Positions 49,901-58,302 of a DNA stretch of 64,000 bases are shown in pieces. A model generated the notes under the pieces. It saw nothing but the letters and a program-made list of their open reading frames with translations, was not told the origin of the DNA and ran no database searches. The position numbers and the translations under genes are program-made. Location of the stretch: NCBI GenBank assembly GCA_945889325.1, contig CAMDBH010000002.1, positions 39,242 through 103,241 on the forward strand, in the 5' to 3' direction. Every line of letters starts with the position of its first letter. Position 1 is the first letter of the stretch. The stretch comes from Klebsiella pneumoniae (GTDB lineage: Bacteria; Myxococcota_A; UBA9042).

Positions 49901-50473
49901 GCCGGCCGGATTGACCTTGCCGGCAAAATTCTCCATAGAATTCTGCTCAAAACCCAAGTTGAGCAAGGTGACCTGACCGGGGCACGCGCCGACGATCGGT
50001 GCGTATTCGCAAGCGCCTTTGGCGACATCGCAACTGTTGGTGGTCAATGGATTCTTGTCATCGCAATCCTTGTTTTCACAGCATTTGTCCGGGTTTTTTT
50101 CCAGAACGCACTGTTTGTCCGCGTTGCAAGTGGCTGTTTCGCAGATCTTGGGTGAAAGTTTGGCGATGCAAAACGCGTTATCGGGGCATACGTCGTTGGG
50201 GCCAGTATCCTTTGGCACATCAGGGATTTTGGCGTCGTCCTTGGTTTCGATGGCGGGGCCGGTGTCAGTGGTCGCAGGCCCGCTATCGACGCCGGTGTCG
50301 TCGGTGTTGTTGACTTGTGTGTCGACGGCATCGCCTTCCGTGTCCCCGGCCGGCGCCGGGGCCGGCTCCACCGGCGTGCTGCAGCTAGCGCAACTCAACG
50401 CGGCGGCACTGGCCGCGATGGCCAAAAAATTGCAAAATAATTCATTTTTTTGATAGATTGAGCGCGACATCAT
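46928..50473 (-). CDS. Cys-rich lipoprotein with four cleaved-adhesin/MAM-like beta-sandwich domains and Dicty_CTDC-like repeats
   Basis: Lipobox-like LSC/ASC; acidic linker; four S.Y.G....G.Y[I/V]D domains; CDD.N.CT.D.C repeats. Confidence 0.8.
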   Translation of the reverse strand: MMSRSIYQKNELFCNFLAIAASAAALSCASCSTPVEPAPAPAGDTEGDAVDTQVNNTDDTGVDSGPATTDTGPAIETKDDAKIPDVPKDTGPNDVCPDNAFCIAKLSPKICETATCNADKQCVLEKNPDKCCENKDCDDKNPLTTNSCDVAKGACEYAPIVGACPGQVTLLNLGFEQNSMENFAGKVNPAGTNISWHLENKRAHNGKTSMYLGNECYNYDSSSVGANQCISGGQGATIFATLDSPSINVPAGSENKQFILHYWLWVAAEPTFVASGLKVGVGCVGCKQGESCLDLSEQKAGMACVKEKDLLTLKVNDKVAWDSIVIGKSTGGWQHHIVNLAGFGNSFKFQWIFDTNNGAKNNYEGVYIDDISLESLCIAEPDKPESAGFQQCDAATPCKADASSCTPDSCTFYDNLSGKGVCFFDKEPGCCLASPDCNDNNDCTVDQCNIVGAEKGACTNVPDDKNPTCCTAKNAASDTFDAGISSWTHFDSNSKAVQWHASASGGTKGSGALYFGNASGTSYDDPLVLPKTKGPAETVCSQEVQLSVGTLYNLLQFQVNMATEWSGQDPSKYVNPPGSAKACTIATAAKDCNPGEDCYKGKCGYMPKLDELRVYLKVSGFNTDTIWSSDAIKGTTEGKFTSIKVNLDKYAGKKVQVCFAFDAGDANANTNKGVAIDDFKVDVACSGIVCEDPSPDNDCGPAKPCQVAGCTADKKCFWTPKKDCCLNDAGCDDGSSCTTDKCDAAAQSCTHTLTDPKCCSDNPSVAAENFENGGKLPEGWVATTLKGNAQGGVGKPYNATITWNATALSSNEGTYSLNFGKDGTYNAGTTVPGAIVRSGNVAIPANGTTVLTFQLKLSTEWNDPTVFNLPPLGLVIDRMRVGFYNPADSNDKTNSVWTWSSYGIGGSTNGKYQSVVVAVPDSLKGKTVKLQFEFDAGTDTNNNFEGAYVDKLLVQTLCSPIECLEDAKCAPVNPDVCKKYFCSFSEPKTFKCNEAATPGPTCCVPGNALPSETFEASKFVSWTASPISGAVKWQIVLHKYLNGGHEAYFGNAAQTNYDDPGKSVAGTLIANNILLSADVKKSAWLQFDAWIDIEPLFEDFHITVATAAGKEVIFAKSTQDNKEKDMKAGDFKVKKSYKLDLTKYKGQTIQITFSFDSFDAKGNDKYSGIYLDDIQVTEPCK

Positions 50474-50684
50474 TCCCCCTGACCAAAAGTCGAAACAGCC
50501 CGTTGCAGGCGTTTGGTTCAAACCATTCAACGCGCTCCCGCGCCGCTCAAGCGCCACTCCCATGGCGTTCAGACGGCGCCCCCGGGGCGCACCCTTTAAG
50601 TCTAACCCTGTCACAGCGAGGATGCAATTGTATAAGCCGCATAAATGTTCGCTGAATCGCAGCGCCAAAGGACCGCGGGCAGCG

Positions 50685-52988
50685 TTAAGGCGGGCAACCT
50701 TCCGCGCCGCTAAGCACGTAAAAACACTTGCCATTTGCGGCGCAAGTGTCGGTCGTGCACACGTCTTTGTCGTCGCAATCGCTGTCGACGGCACAGCAAG
50801 CCGGTATCTTGCCGCAGGCACAAGCGTTGTCCAAACACACGGGCGCCTCACAGGCACCGCAGACCTCGGCCTTGCACAAATCGATGCAAGCACAGCCGGT
50901 TGCGGTGCACTGCGGCGTTTGGCACGGGCCGCAGTTCAGATTTTTGCATTCGCCGTCCAAATAACAAGGCTTTTTGCTGCAGGCGATTTTGACGACAAAG
51001 TTGTCGACGATCGGGCCCAATTTGTCATTGACCTCGCCGTCGCCCGCGTCAAAGCTCAAGCAAACTTGAACGGTTTTGCCTTTCCAAGTATCCAAACTGA
51101 CCACAATGGGCATCCACGCCCCTTCGGTGGTGCCGGAAATGACGTCGCTGCTCCAAGCTTCATGAAAAGCGTTTTCAAAATAGACCTGTACAGCAAAATA
51201 GTCGAACTTGTTCTTGCCGACCAAAGGCGGATTCTTGTAATTGGCGGGCAACATGCCGGTCCATTCGGTTTCCAAAAACAGGTCAAATTGCACTAAGTTG
51301 AACAGAGTCCCTTCTTTGAGCTTGAGCTGAGGCGTGCACAAGGTGCCTTTGGGGCCAACTTCTTTGCCCAACGCAGCATCGTCGTATTTGCCAAAAGTTT
51401 CATCAGAAAATTGCAGCGCTTGCGAAGGCGGCGTCTCCGGCCCTCCCTTTGGATGCAAACGCCATTTGACCACGCCGCTGTTGCTGCCCAGCGCCGTCCA
51501 CAAATCGATGGCTGCGCCCTCAAAATCGTTGTTTTCCAGAATTTCTGACTTGCAGCACGCGGGTTTGGAGGCATCGGGCGTTTGGTTGCATTGGCCAGCC
51601 GTGCAGGTGTCGATTGTGCAGGCGATGCCGTCGTCACATTCCGAATTCAGCGTGCAACAGCCCGGTTTCTTATCAAAAAAGCACACGCCGCCGTTGGAAT
51701 TCTGGTATTGCGTGCACACGTCGGCGCTGCAGCCGTTGTTGTCGTCTGGGCACGGCGTTTGATCGTCGCAGACTGTGCCGGCCGTGGCGCAAATGGTTTC
51801 TACAACCACGTCGTCGAGATACACACCTTCGTAGGCATTTTTCAAGCCCGTTCCCGTACTAAAAAGCCATTGTAATTTGATGGTTTGTCCCGAATAGGCC
51901 GACAAATCGATGGCCATATGCTGCCACGCGTTCTTGGTCGTCTTGCCGATTTGCGTCGAATAAAACACCGCTTTGGCCGGCTGATTTGCCGTAAGCACCT
52001 GCAGCGACAACACATCTTTTTCAGGCAAGCATTGCGACGTGCCGTTGATGTTGACGCAGGCGCTAATCGCGTTGCACGGGGTTTTGCACACGCCCTTGGG
52101 CAAGGTGTCGGCATAAGGCGGCTCAGCGTCAAGGAAAAGCCAAAAGTGCAGTTCAGCCTTCTTGTCCTTGGGCAGTGCGTAGTCGGCCGTCGTCAACTGG
52201 GTGGACACCGCCATGGCGTCCTTGCTGGATTTGCAGCCGTTGTCGGGCGACATTGAATTGTCATAGGTATGACAGGCATTGCCAAAATACAGTGAAGTTT
52301 TGCCGCCATGTGCGCGGTACGTACTCGCCTGCCAGTGCACGCCCAAGTTGGTCGGCCCTTCGAGCGGTGTGAGCGACTCAAGGGTCCCGTCTTCAAAACC
52401 TGCTTTAGAAAACGTAACTTTGCCGCTGCAACAGTTGACCAGCGGCGTGTTGATGCACAAATGGCTGATGTTGTCGCATTTGTCGGTCGTGCATTCCTTG
52501 ATGTCGTCGCAATCGGCATCGCTGCAACAAGCGTCGGGTTTGGGCACCGCTTTGCAAACACCTTTGTCACAAGCTGCTTGTTGGCAGGGCGTCAATACCA
52601 ATTGATCCACGCAAGTTGTGGCGGTGACGCATTTGCCGATGTCCAACGGCTGTACTTCAAGACCGACGTCCTTGACGGCGTCGACTGGCACGACAATGTC
52701 GATGACATCCTTAACGGTTGTATCCAGTGTTTCGACCGCTTTGCTGTCTTGTTCGTCCGGCTGATCGGTGTCCTCTGACGGCAATTCCTCGTCGGTTGCG
52801 TCGCTATCGTCCTCTACGTCGGCCAAATCTGTACCGTCATCAATGACTTCGGCCGGCGGCGGCGTTTCCGCCGCTGGACTGCAGGCCAACATCAAAGTCC
52901 ACGAAAATAGGAAAATGGCCAACAGCGCCCAGCGCGGCGCTGGATTCACAGCTGACAGCATGGCACACAATCCCGTGTATTTCTTCAT
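50685..52988 (-). CDS. Cys-rich lipoprotein with two beta-sandwich domains (paralog)
   Basis: Lipobox MLAC; RAHGGKTSLYFGN...EGVYLDDVVV; CDDGIACTIDTC. TAATG overlap with the upstream gene. Confidence 0.8.
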   Translation of the reverse strand: MKKYTGLCAMLSAVNPAPRWALLAIFLFSWTLMLACSPAAETPPPAEVIDDGTDLADVEDDSDATDEELPSEDTDQPDEQDSKAVETLDTTVKDVIDIVVPVDAVKDVGLEVQPLDIGKCVTATTCVDQLVLTPCQQAACDKGVCKAVPKPDACCSDADCDDIKECTTDKCDNISHLCINTPLVNCCSGKVTFSKAGFEDGTLESLTPLEGPTNLGVHWQASTYRAHGGKTSLYFGNACHTYDNSMSPDNGCKSSKDAMAVSTQLTTADYALPKDKKAELHFWLFLDAEPPYADTLPKGVCKTPCNAISACVNINGTSQCLPEKDVLSLQVLTANQPAKAVFYSTQIGKTTKNAWQHMAIDLSAYSGQTIKLQWLFSTGTGLKNAYEGVYLDDVVVETICATAGTVCDDQTPCPDDNNGCSADVCTQYQNSNGGVCFFDKKPGCCTLNSECDDGIACTIDTCTAGQCNQTPDASKPACCKSEILENNDFEGAAIDLWTALGSNSGVVKWRLHPKGGPETPPSQALQFSDETFGKYDDAALGKEVGPKGTLCTPQLKLKEGTLFNLVQFDLFLETEWTGMLPANYKNPPLVGKNKFDYFAVQVYFENAFHEAWSSDVISGTTEGAWMPIVVSLDTWKGKTVQVCLSFDAGDGEVNDKLGPIVDNFVVKIACSKKPCYLDGECKNLNCGPCQTPQCTATGCACIDLCKAEVCGACEAPVCLDNACACGKIPACCAVDSDCDDKDVCTTDTCAANGKCFYVLSGAEGCPP

Positions 52989-55900
52989 TAATCGCACTTG
53001 TTGAGTACCTTGACGTCGTCCACGAATACACCCTTGGTTCCGTTGGCGATGCTGTCACCCGTATTGAAGAGGAACTCGATCTGAATTTCTTTGTCTTTAT
53101 AGGGACTCAAGTCGAATTTCATTTCTTGCCAGTTGTTCATTTGGAACCCAGCGCTGGATTTTTTCCACAGCTGCGCCTTGCCGCCATTGGCGATAATTGA
53201 AACGGTCAGGTCGTCGTACGTGCCGCCTTCGGTGTCCATGTACAAATAAAATTGCAGGGTTGCGACGGTTGTGCTCGGCAACGTCAATTTGCCCCAAGTG
53301 GCGGTACCGTTGCTGGCACCAAAGTCATAATTTCCCGCACCGGGATCGCCGTAATACAGCGCGCCCGGCGGCGTTTTGCTCTCACTGGCGCTGCCCCACA
53401 ACTGCCAGCCCTTGGCCGCGCCGGCGCTGTTGCTGAAAACAAAGCCTTTTGGGTCGCCCTTGTCAAAGTCGTTGCTGTACAACTCTGCGGTGCAACAGCC
53501 GGGCGCACCTGTGCTTTTGTGCACGCAGGCCTTGTTCACGCAGGTGTCGATGCTGCATTTCACTTCGCCGTCGTCGCAATCTTTGTCGGCCGCGCAGCAA
53601 GTGTTGGCGTTGCTGCAGACGTTTTTGCTGCAAGTGTCTACGGTGCAAGCGTTTTTGTCGTCGCACTGGGCCGAACTCAAGCAACAGCCGCCAATCGGGC
53701 TGAACACGCATTTGCCGCCTGGTCCTGAACAAGTATCGATGGTGCAAGCATTATTGTCGTTGCAATCGCCATTGCCCATGCAGCAACCGACAATGGGTGA
53801 GAAGGGGCAAAATCCGTTGCTGCAAGCATCCGAAGTGCACAAGTTGCCGTCGCTGCAATCAGCCGCCGTTTTGCAGCAGTTGTTTGGGTAGACGCAAAGG
53901 CCGTCGCTACAGACAGTTGCCGTGCATTTGACGTTGTAGCCGGGGTTGCAGTTGATCGTCGGCGAACATTTTTTGGCTTGGCAAGAACTGCTCACGATCA
54001 CGTCGTCCAAATAAATCTGCGTGTTGGTCACGTTGCCGTTAAAAGCTAGTGTCACTTCAAAGAAAACCTGAATCGCCTTACCGGCCAGCGGCGACAGATC
54101 GATGGAGCTCGCGACCCAATTGTTGACCAAGACGTTGGAATTTTTGGTCGCCGTCAGGTTGAGCTGCGCGCCGTCGATAACCGTGTAAATTCGGACGTTT
54201 AAAGCAGCATTTGGCGTCACCGCCTGCAACTGAAACGTCAATGTCGCGTCTTTGCCGGACATCAAATTGAAAAAACCAGTCGCGGCCGTGGCCACAAATT
54301 TGGGCGAATTGGACACCGAATAACTTTCCAACTTGGCATGGCCAAACGCTAAAACCCCAATGTCGCCGTTCTGCCCCTTGACTGCTTTGTAGTGCCAGCC
54401 CACGCCCGGATCGGCGTTGGTGCTGGTCAGGGTAAACCCTTCGTCGCTGCCGCCAAACGTCGCGCTCATCGGTGTGGGCGAACAGCAGCCGGGTGAGGAC
54501 GACGAAGTGTAAACGCATTTGCCTTTGCTGCAGGCGTCTTTGGTGCAAGGGTTGAAGTCGTCGCAATCGCCGTCGCCGCTGCAGCAGCTGTTGTTGAAGC
54601 TACAAGCGCCGTCATTGCAGCTGCCAATCATGCATGGATCCGATGACTTGCATTCCGCATCGCCCTTGCAGCAGGTGTTGCCGTGCAGGCATTGGCCGCC
54701 GGGTTTGGGGCAAACATCGGCTGTGCAAGGGTTTTTGTCGTCGCAGTCGGTTTCCGACAGGCAGCAGTCCGGTTTGTTGGAATGCACGCACGCGCCACCG
54801 GCAACTGGGCATAAGTCCAATGTGCAAGCTTGCTTATCGTCACAATCCGCCGCTGACGCGCAGCAATCCGCTTTGAGCTTGTGGCTGCAAACGGGCAAAC
54901 CGGCAGGCGCTGCGGCGCAGGAATCTGTGGAACAGGCATTGCCGTCGTCGCAATCGCTCACATCGCCGCAACACCCGGAAGACACGGACACATCGTCGAT
55001 GTAAGCGCCTTCAAACGAGTTGGCCACCGCGTCCTTGCTGTCAAAGGCGAACAAAAGTTGAACTGATTTGCCGGCATACGCAGCGGCGTCGACTTCCACG
55101 TGTTGCCAAACGCCGTGGGTGCTGCCTTTGATCGTGCCGCTGGACCAGATTTCCTTGCTCGCCGCGCCGTCGACCACCGTGAGGGTAAGCACGTCTTGAT
55201 CGGGTGTTTCTTCGGTGTCCAACCAGAGCCAAAACGCGATATGCGGCAACACGCCGACATTGCTTGGCACTGCGAGTGGCGGCAAAGTCGCCGTCGCCGC
55301 GACTTTCTTGTTGTTGAAATAGTTGTGGGTCAGCGGATCGCCAAAATACAAGCTTTTGCCGCCGGAGATGTTGCGCGCGCCGTCAAAATTCCAACTGATG
55401 CCGGACTTGTAGACGTCGACAATCGCCACCCCGTCAGCCGTGCTGTCCAGGCCGATAATCCCAGTAACACTGCTGAGTTTGGTCTGCGCGACGTTGGGCA
55501 GGCAGGCCAGACAGCTGTACTTGTCACTGCTGCCGCCGGCTGGGAAGCAGCCAACTTGATCCGCACCCAAATCGACCGCACACACGTTGGCTTTGGCGGT
55601 CCAACTGCATTTTCCTTGATCACAGGTGCCGGTAGCGCACGGAATTTTGCAGTCAGCGGAAACCTTGCACAACGAACTGTGGACGGTTTTGCTTATAGGT
55701 CCGGTGTCTTGCACGATATCTGGGCTATCGATTGGCGTGTCCGGTGGTGTTGCGACGTCTTCTGGTGCATCTTCCGGCGCCACATCGGGCGGCGCGGCGT
55801 CGACCGCGCTGTCTGCCAAGATGTCGCTAAGCGAGTCTGCTGGGGTGTCGGCCACTTCTTGGACGCCCGTATCGCTGACTTTACTGTCTTTTTCTGAATC

Positions 55901-56044
55901 GGCCGCTGGGATGTCCGTGGCGACAGCGTCGTCGGGCGCTTGGGTCACTTCGGCGGTGCCACAGCCGCAAACGCTCAGGCAGGATAGTGCCAGTGCAATC
56001 ACAAGGTTCTGCTGATTGACCCAAGACAAGGGGCGCATCTTCAT
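52988..56044 (-). CDS. Cys-rich lipoprotein with three beta-sandwich domains and many Dicty_CTDC-like repeats (paralog)
   Basis: Signal ending VCGC; KSLYFGD...EGAYIDDVSV; about 8 CDDxNxCTxDxC repeats; RBS GGAG. Confidence 0.8.
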   Translation of the reverse strand: MKMRPLSWVNQQNLVIALALSCLSVCGCGTAEVTQAPDDAVATDIPAADSEKDSKVSDTGVQEVADTPADSLSDILADSAVDAAPPDVAPEDAPEDVATPPDTPIDSPDIVQDTGPISKTVHSSLCKVSADCKIPCATGTCDQGKCSWTAKANVCAVDLGADQVGCFPAGGSSDKYSCLACLPNVAQTKLSSVTGIIGLDSTADGVAIVDVYKSGISWNFDGARNISGGKSLYFGDPLTHNYFNNKKVAATATLPPLAVPSNVGVLPHIAFWLWLDTEETPDQDVLTLTVVDGAASKEIWSSGTIKGSTHGVWQHVEVDAAAYAGKSVQLLFAFDSKDAVANSFEGAYIDDVSVSSGCCGDVSDCDDGNACSTDSCAAAPAGLPVCSHKLKADCCASAADCDDKQACTLDLCPVAGGACVHSNKPDCCLSETDCDDKNPCTADVCPKPGGQCLHGNTCCKGDAECKSSDPCMIGSCNDGACSFNNSCCSGDGDCDDFNPCTKDACSKGKCVYTSSSSPGCCSPTPMSATFGGSDEGFTLTSTNADPGVGWHYKAVKGQNGDIGVLAFGHAKLESYSVSNSPKFVATAATGFFNLMSGKDATLTFQLQAVTPNAALNVRIYTVIDGAQLNLTATKNSNVLVNNWVASSIDLSPLAGKAIQVFFEVTLAFNGNVTNTQIYLDDVIVSSSCQAKKCSPTINCNPGYNVKCTATVCSDGLCVYPNNCCKTAADCSDGNLCTSDACSNGFCPFSPIVGCCMGNGDCNDNNACTIDTCSGPGGKCVFSPIGGCCLSSAQCDDKNACTVDTCSKNVCSNANTCCAADKDCDDGEVKCSIDTCVNKACVHKSTGAPGCCTAELYSNDFDKGDPKGFVFSNSAGAAKGWQLWGSASESKTPPGALYYGDPGAGNYDFGASNGTATWGKLTLPSTTVATLQFYLYMDTEGGTYDDLTVSIIANGGKAQLWKKSSAGFQMNNWQEMKFDLSPYKDKEIQIEFLFNTGDSIANGTKGVFVDDVKVLNKCD

Positions 56045-56248
56045 CACTCCAAAGCAACAAGACACAACTGGGAACTTTTGGCTCCGCGCCCATGCGAGGT
56101 CAAGCCCAAGCTACGGTTCACCCCCACCGCCACGCGCTTTCAAGCGCAGCCGGACGCTGCACTGTAGCATGCCAGCGCCCCGTGTATCAAATCGGCGGAC
56201 GGCCGCAAATATGGGCGCGAGGTATGCCGATCGCCGGCCCGCAACCTT

Positions 56249-57952
56249 TCAAAATCCAAAGCGAACTGCGCCTTCGACCCGCCACGCATTGTCGGCCGCC
56301 AGGCCTTGGGGCGTGGCCAGCGCGCCGCCCGGAAACAAGTACGTCGCTCGCAGCAATGCGCCGGTGCCGCTGGGCTGGCGGTATTCTAAGCTCAATTCGG
56401 GCTCGAAGCCGAGCAAGTTGCCCTTGCCCGGTGTGGCTTCCGAAGACGCCGCTACTGCCGCTAACAAGCCGAGTTCGAGCGCCAAGCTATCGCCGTGGCC
56501 CTTGTCCAGCAGTTCATAGCGATACGCGGGCTTCAAATACCAGGCATTGGCCACGGCACCAATAAGGTCGCGAAATAACAGACCATCCACGCGGTAATTG
56601 CGGTGGAAGTGAAAGCCCGAGGAAAACGTTTTGGGCGAGGCGCTGAGTTCTGCCCCGTTGCGCAGATTGTCGGTGTCCAACACGCCAAAACCGCCGCTGC
56701 GATCGCCGCTTGCAAAGCCCGCGTCGACCAAAACGTCGCCCAATCCCCGTTGCCATTTTGCCTTGAAAGCGGCACCGGCAGACAGCAAAAGTAGCGGCGA
56801 TTCTGTGCCCGATCGCGGGTCGGTTCGGCCAAAACTGCCGTAAATACCGGCCGATTCTCCCTGCAATCGCAGGGGCGATCCGCCGAGGGTTCCGTTCCAA
56901 TCCAACGCCAGTTGCGCGATGATCAAGCGGCCATTGCGTGGAACTAGCTGATCGCATGACGCATTGGCGATGCAGTCTTCATGGTCCGCCCGACTCGCCA
57001 CATCCTGTGTCTGGTATTGCGCGGCGGCTGACCATTTCAGGCCGGGTTCGCCGTTCAATTTACCGCCTGTGATTTCAGCCACCCAGCGTGTGACATCGGC
57101 CGCGTCCTCCAAGCCATAGGCAATCGAACCAGTGCCGGTTTGGACGATCCGAGATTCAGCTTTATGATCAAAAGCATTCGGCAGTGTGCTGGCAAATGGC
57201 AACGTGCCAAGTGAATCGCGCGCCAACATCAGGCGCAGGCCGAACAAGTCGCCGCGCAGCGACACGCGGTCGACGTCGGACTGAAAATCGCCCAGCAAGT
57301 CGCCGCCTGCGTTGCGCAACATCCCCAAGCCGAAGTGATCGCCTGTGCGGCCGATTTCCAGTTCCGCCAGCCCAAACAAGCGCGCGTGCACCCAAAGTCG
57401 GCGAACGGCGGCCGCATTGCGCACGTCGCCTTGGCTGGGCATGCCGCTCAGGTTTTCAACAGCGCGCGCTTCTCTGTCCGCGATCGTCGGGTTGTTGTCG
57501 CCGCCAAGCACAGTTGCGCCTGCCAAGTCGATTTGGCTATTGATGTCAAACCATTCACCGATATGCAGCGTCGGATCGATGCGCAAGCGCAGGTCGGCTG
57601 TGGCCATTTTGCCGCCGCTGGCACCTGGCAGCACGCTGTCGCTGCCGTGGCGCAGGTCCAAACGCGGCGGCAATTGCTGAACATCTTTGACCAAACGGAT
57701 GCCGCTCAGCATTTCAGTACGCGAGCGAAAGTGGCCGTGCAGGTCCAGAGATACCAGCGGCGAAATGCTGGGCAGGGAGGCCGGCAGCAGGATTTCGGCT
57801 GGACTTGCTGTGTTGGTTGGCGCGGTTGCAAGGGGTGACGGGGCGGCCTCGCCAGCCAGCGCGACGCGCGCGCACAGCGCAGTCGCGACCGCGAGCACGA
57901 CGCGTACCTGTGCGCTGGGGCGGGTGGAAAAAGCCGAGAAGAACAGGGGCAT
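56249..57952 (-). CDS. Outer-membrane beta-barrel protein, TIGR04551-like
   Basis: Signal peptide; LHGHFRSR, VRRLWV, GRTGDHFGLGML, FHRNYRVDGLLFR, NAWYLKP; terminal RFGF. Confidence 0.72.
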   Translation of the reverse strand: MPLFFSAFSTRPSAQVRVVLAVATALCARVALAGEAAPSPLATAPTNTASPAEILLPASLPSISPLVSLDLHGHFRSRTEMLSGIRLVKDVQQLPPRLDLRHGSDSVLPGASGGKMATADLRLRIDPTLHIGEWFDINSQIDLAGATVLGGDNNPTIADREARAVENLSGMPSQGDVRNAAAVRRLWVHARLFGLAELEIGRTGDHFGLGMLRNAGGDLLGDFQSDVDRVSLRGDLFGLRLMLARDSLGTLPFASTLPNAFDHKAESRIVQTGTGSIAYGLEDAADVTRWVAEITGGKLNGEPGLKWSAAAQYQTQDVASRADHEDCIANASCDQLVPRNGRLIIAQLALDWNGTLGGSPLRLQGESAGIYGSFGRTDPRSGTESPLLLLSAGAAFKAKWQRGLGDVLVDAGFASGDRSGGFGVLDTDNLRNGAELSASPKTFSSGFHFHRNYRVDGLLFRDLIGAVANAWYLKPAYRYELLDKGHGDSLALELGLLAAVAASSEATPGKGNLLGFEPELSLEYRQPSGTGALLRATYLFPGGALATPQGLAADNAWRVEGAVRFGF

Positions 57953-58104
57953 TCGGGAAGGACTCCGGCGGCGCCGTGCTGCAAAAGCAGGAGAAAAATA
58001 GGACTTTTTCGCTTTGTCGGCGTCCAGCGCTGCACACGTGGCGGCGGAGTTTACGGCCCAAGCGCCGATCGTTCAAGCCGATTTGGCAACAAATCGGCCA
58101 GCGG

Positions 58105-58146
58105 CGCTCAGAGGCTGTGAAATATTCATTTCACAGCGTCTGAGCG
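58105..58146. repeat. Long inverted repeat (8+10-bp stem)
   Basis: cgctcaga-g-gctgtgaaat-attc-atttcacagc-g-tctgagcg. Confidence 0.8.
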
Positions 58147-58302
58147 GGGTCAGGTATTAGCAGTTTCTGCATGGACGCTTCGTAAGATAATAATATTACT
58201 GGAACCAGAAATTTGAATCCGAGCCCACTTTGGGTCGATTGGCAGAAATTGCCAATACCAGACCCCAATCGAGAGCGTGAAAAAAGGATTTTTCACACGC
58301 GC

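Noticed and set aside
46928..56044. TraA/TraB kin-recognition locus
   Set aside because: These are N-terminal lipoproteins without a MYXO-CTERM tail or recognisable PA14-like domain, and the barrel has no OmpA domain.
58116..58135. CRP/FNR box
   Set aside because: TGTGA and TCACA are separated by 10 nt rather than 6.
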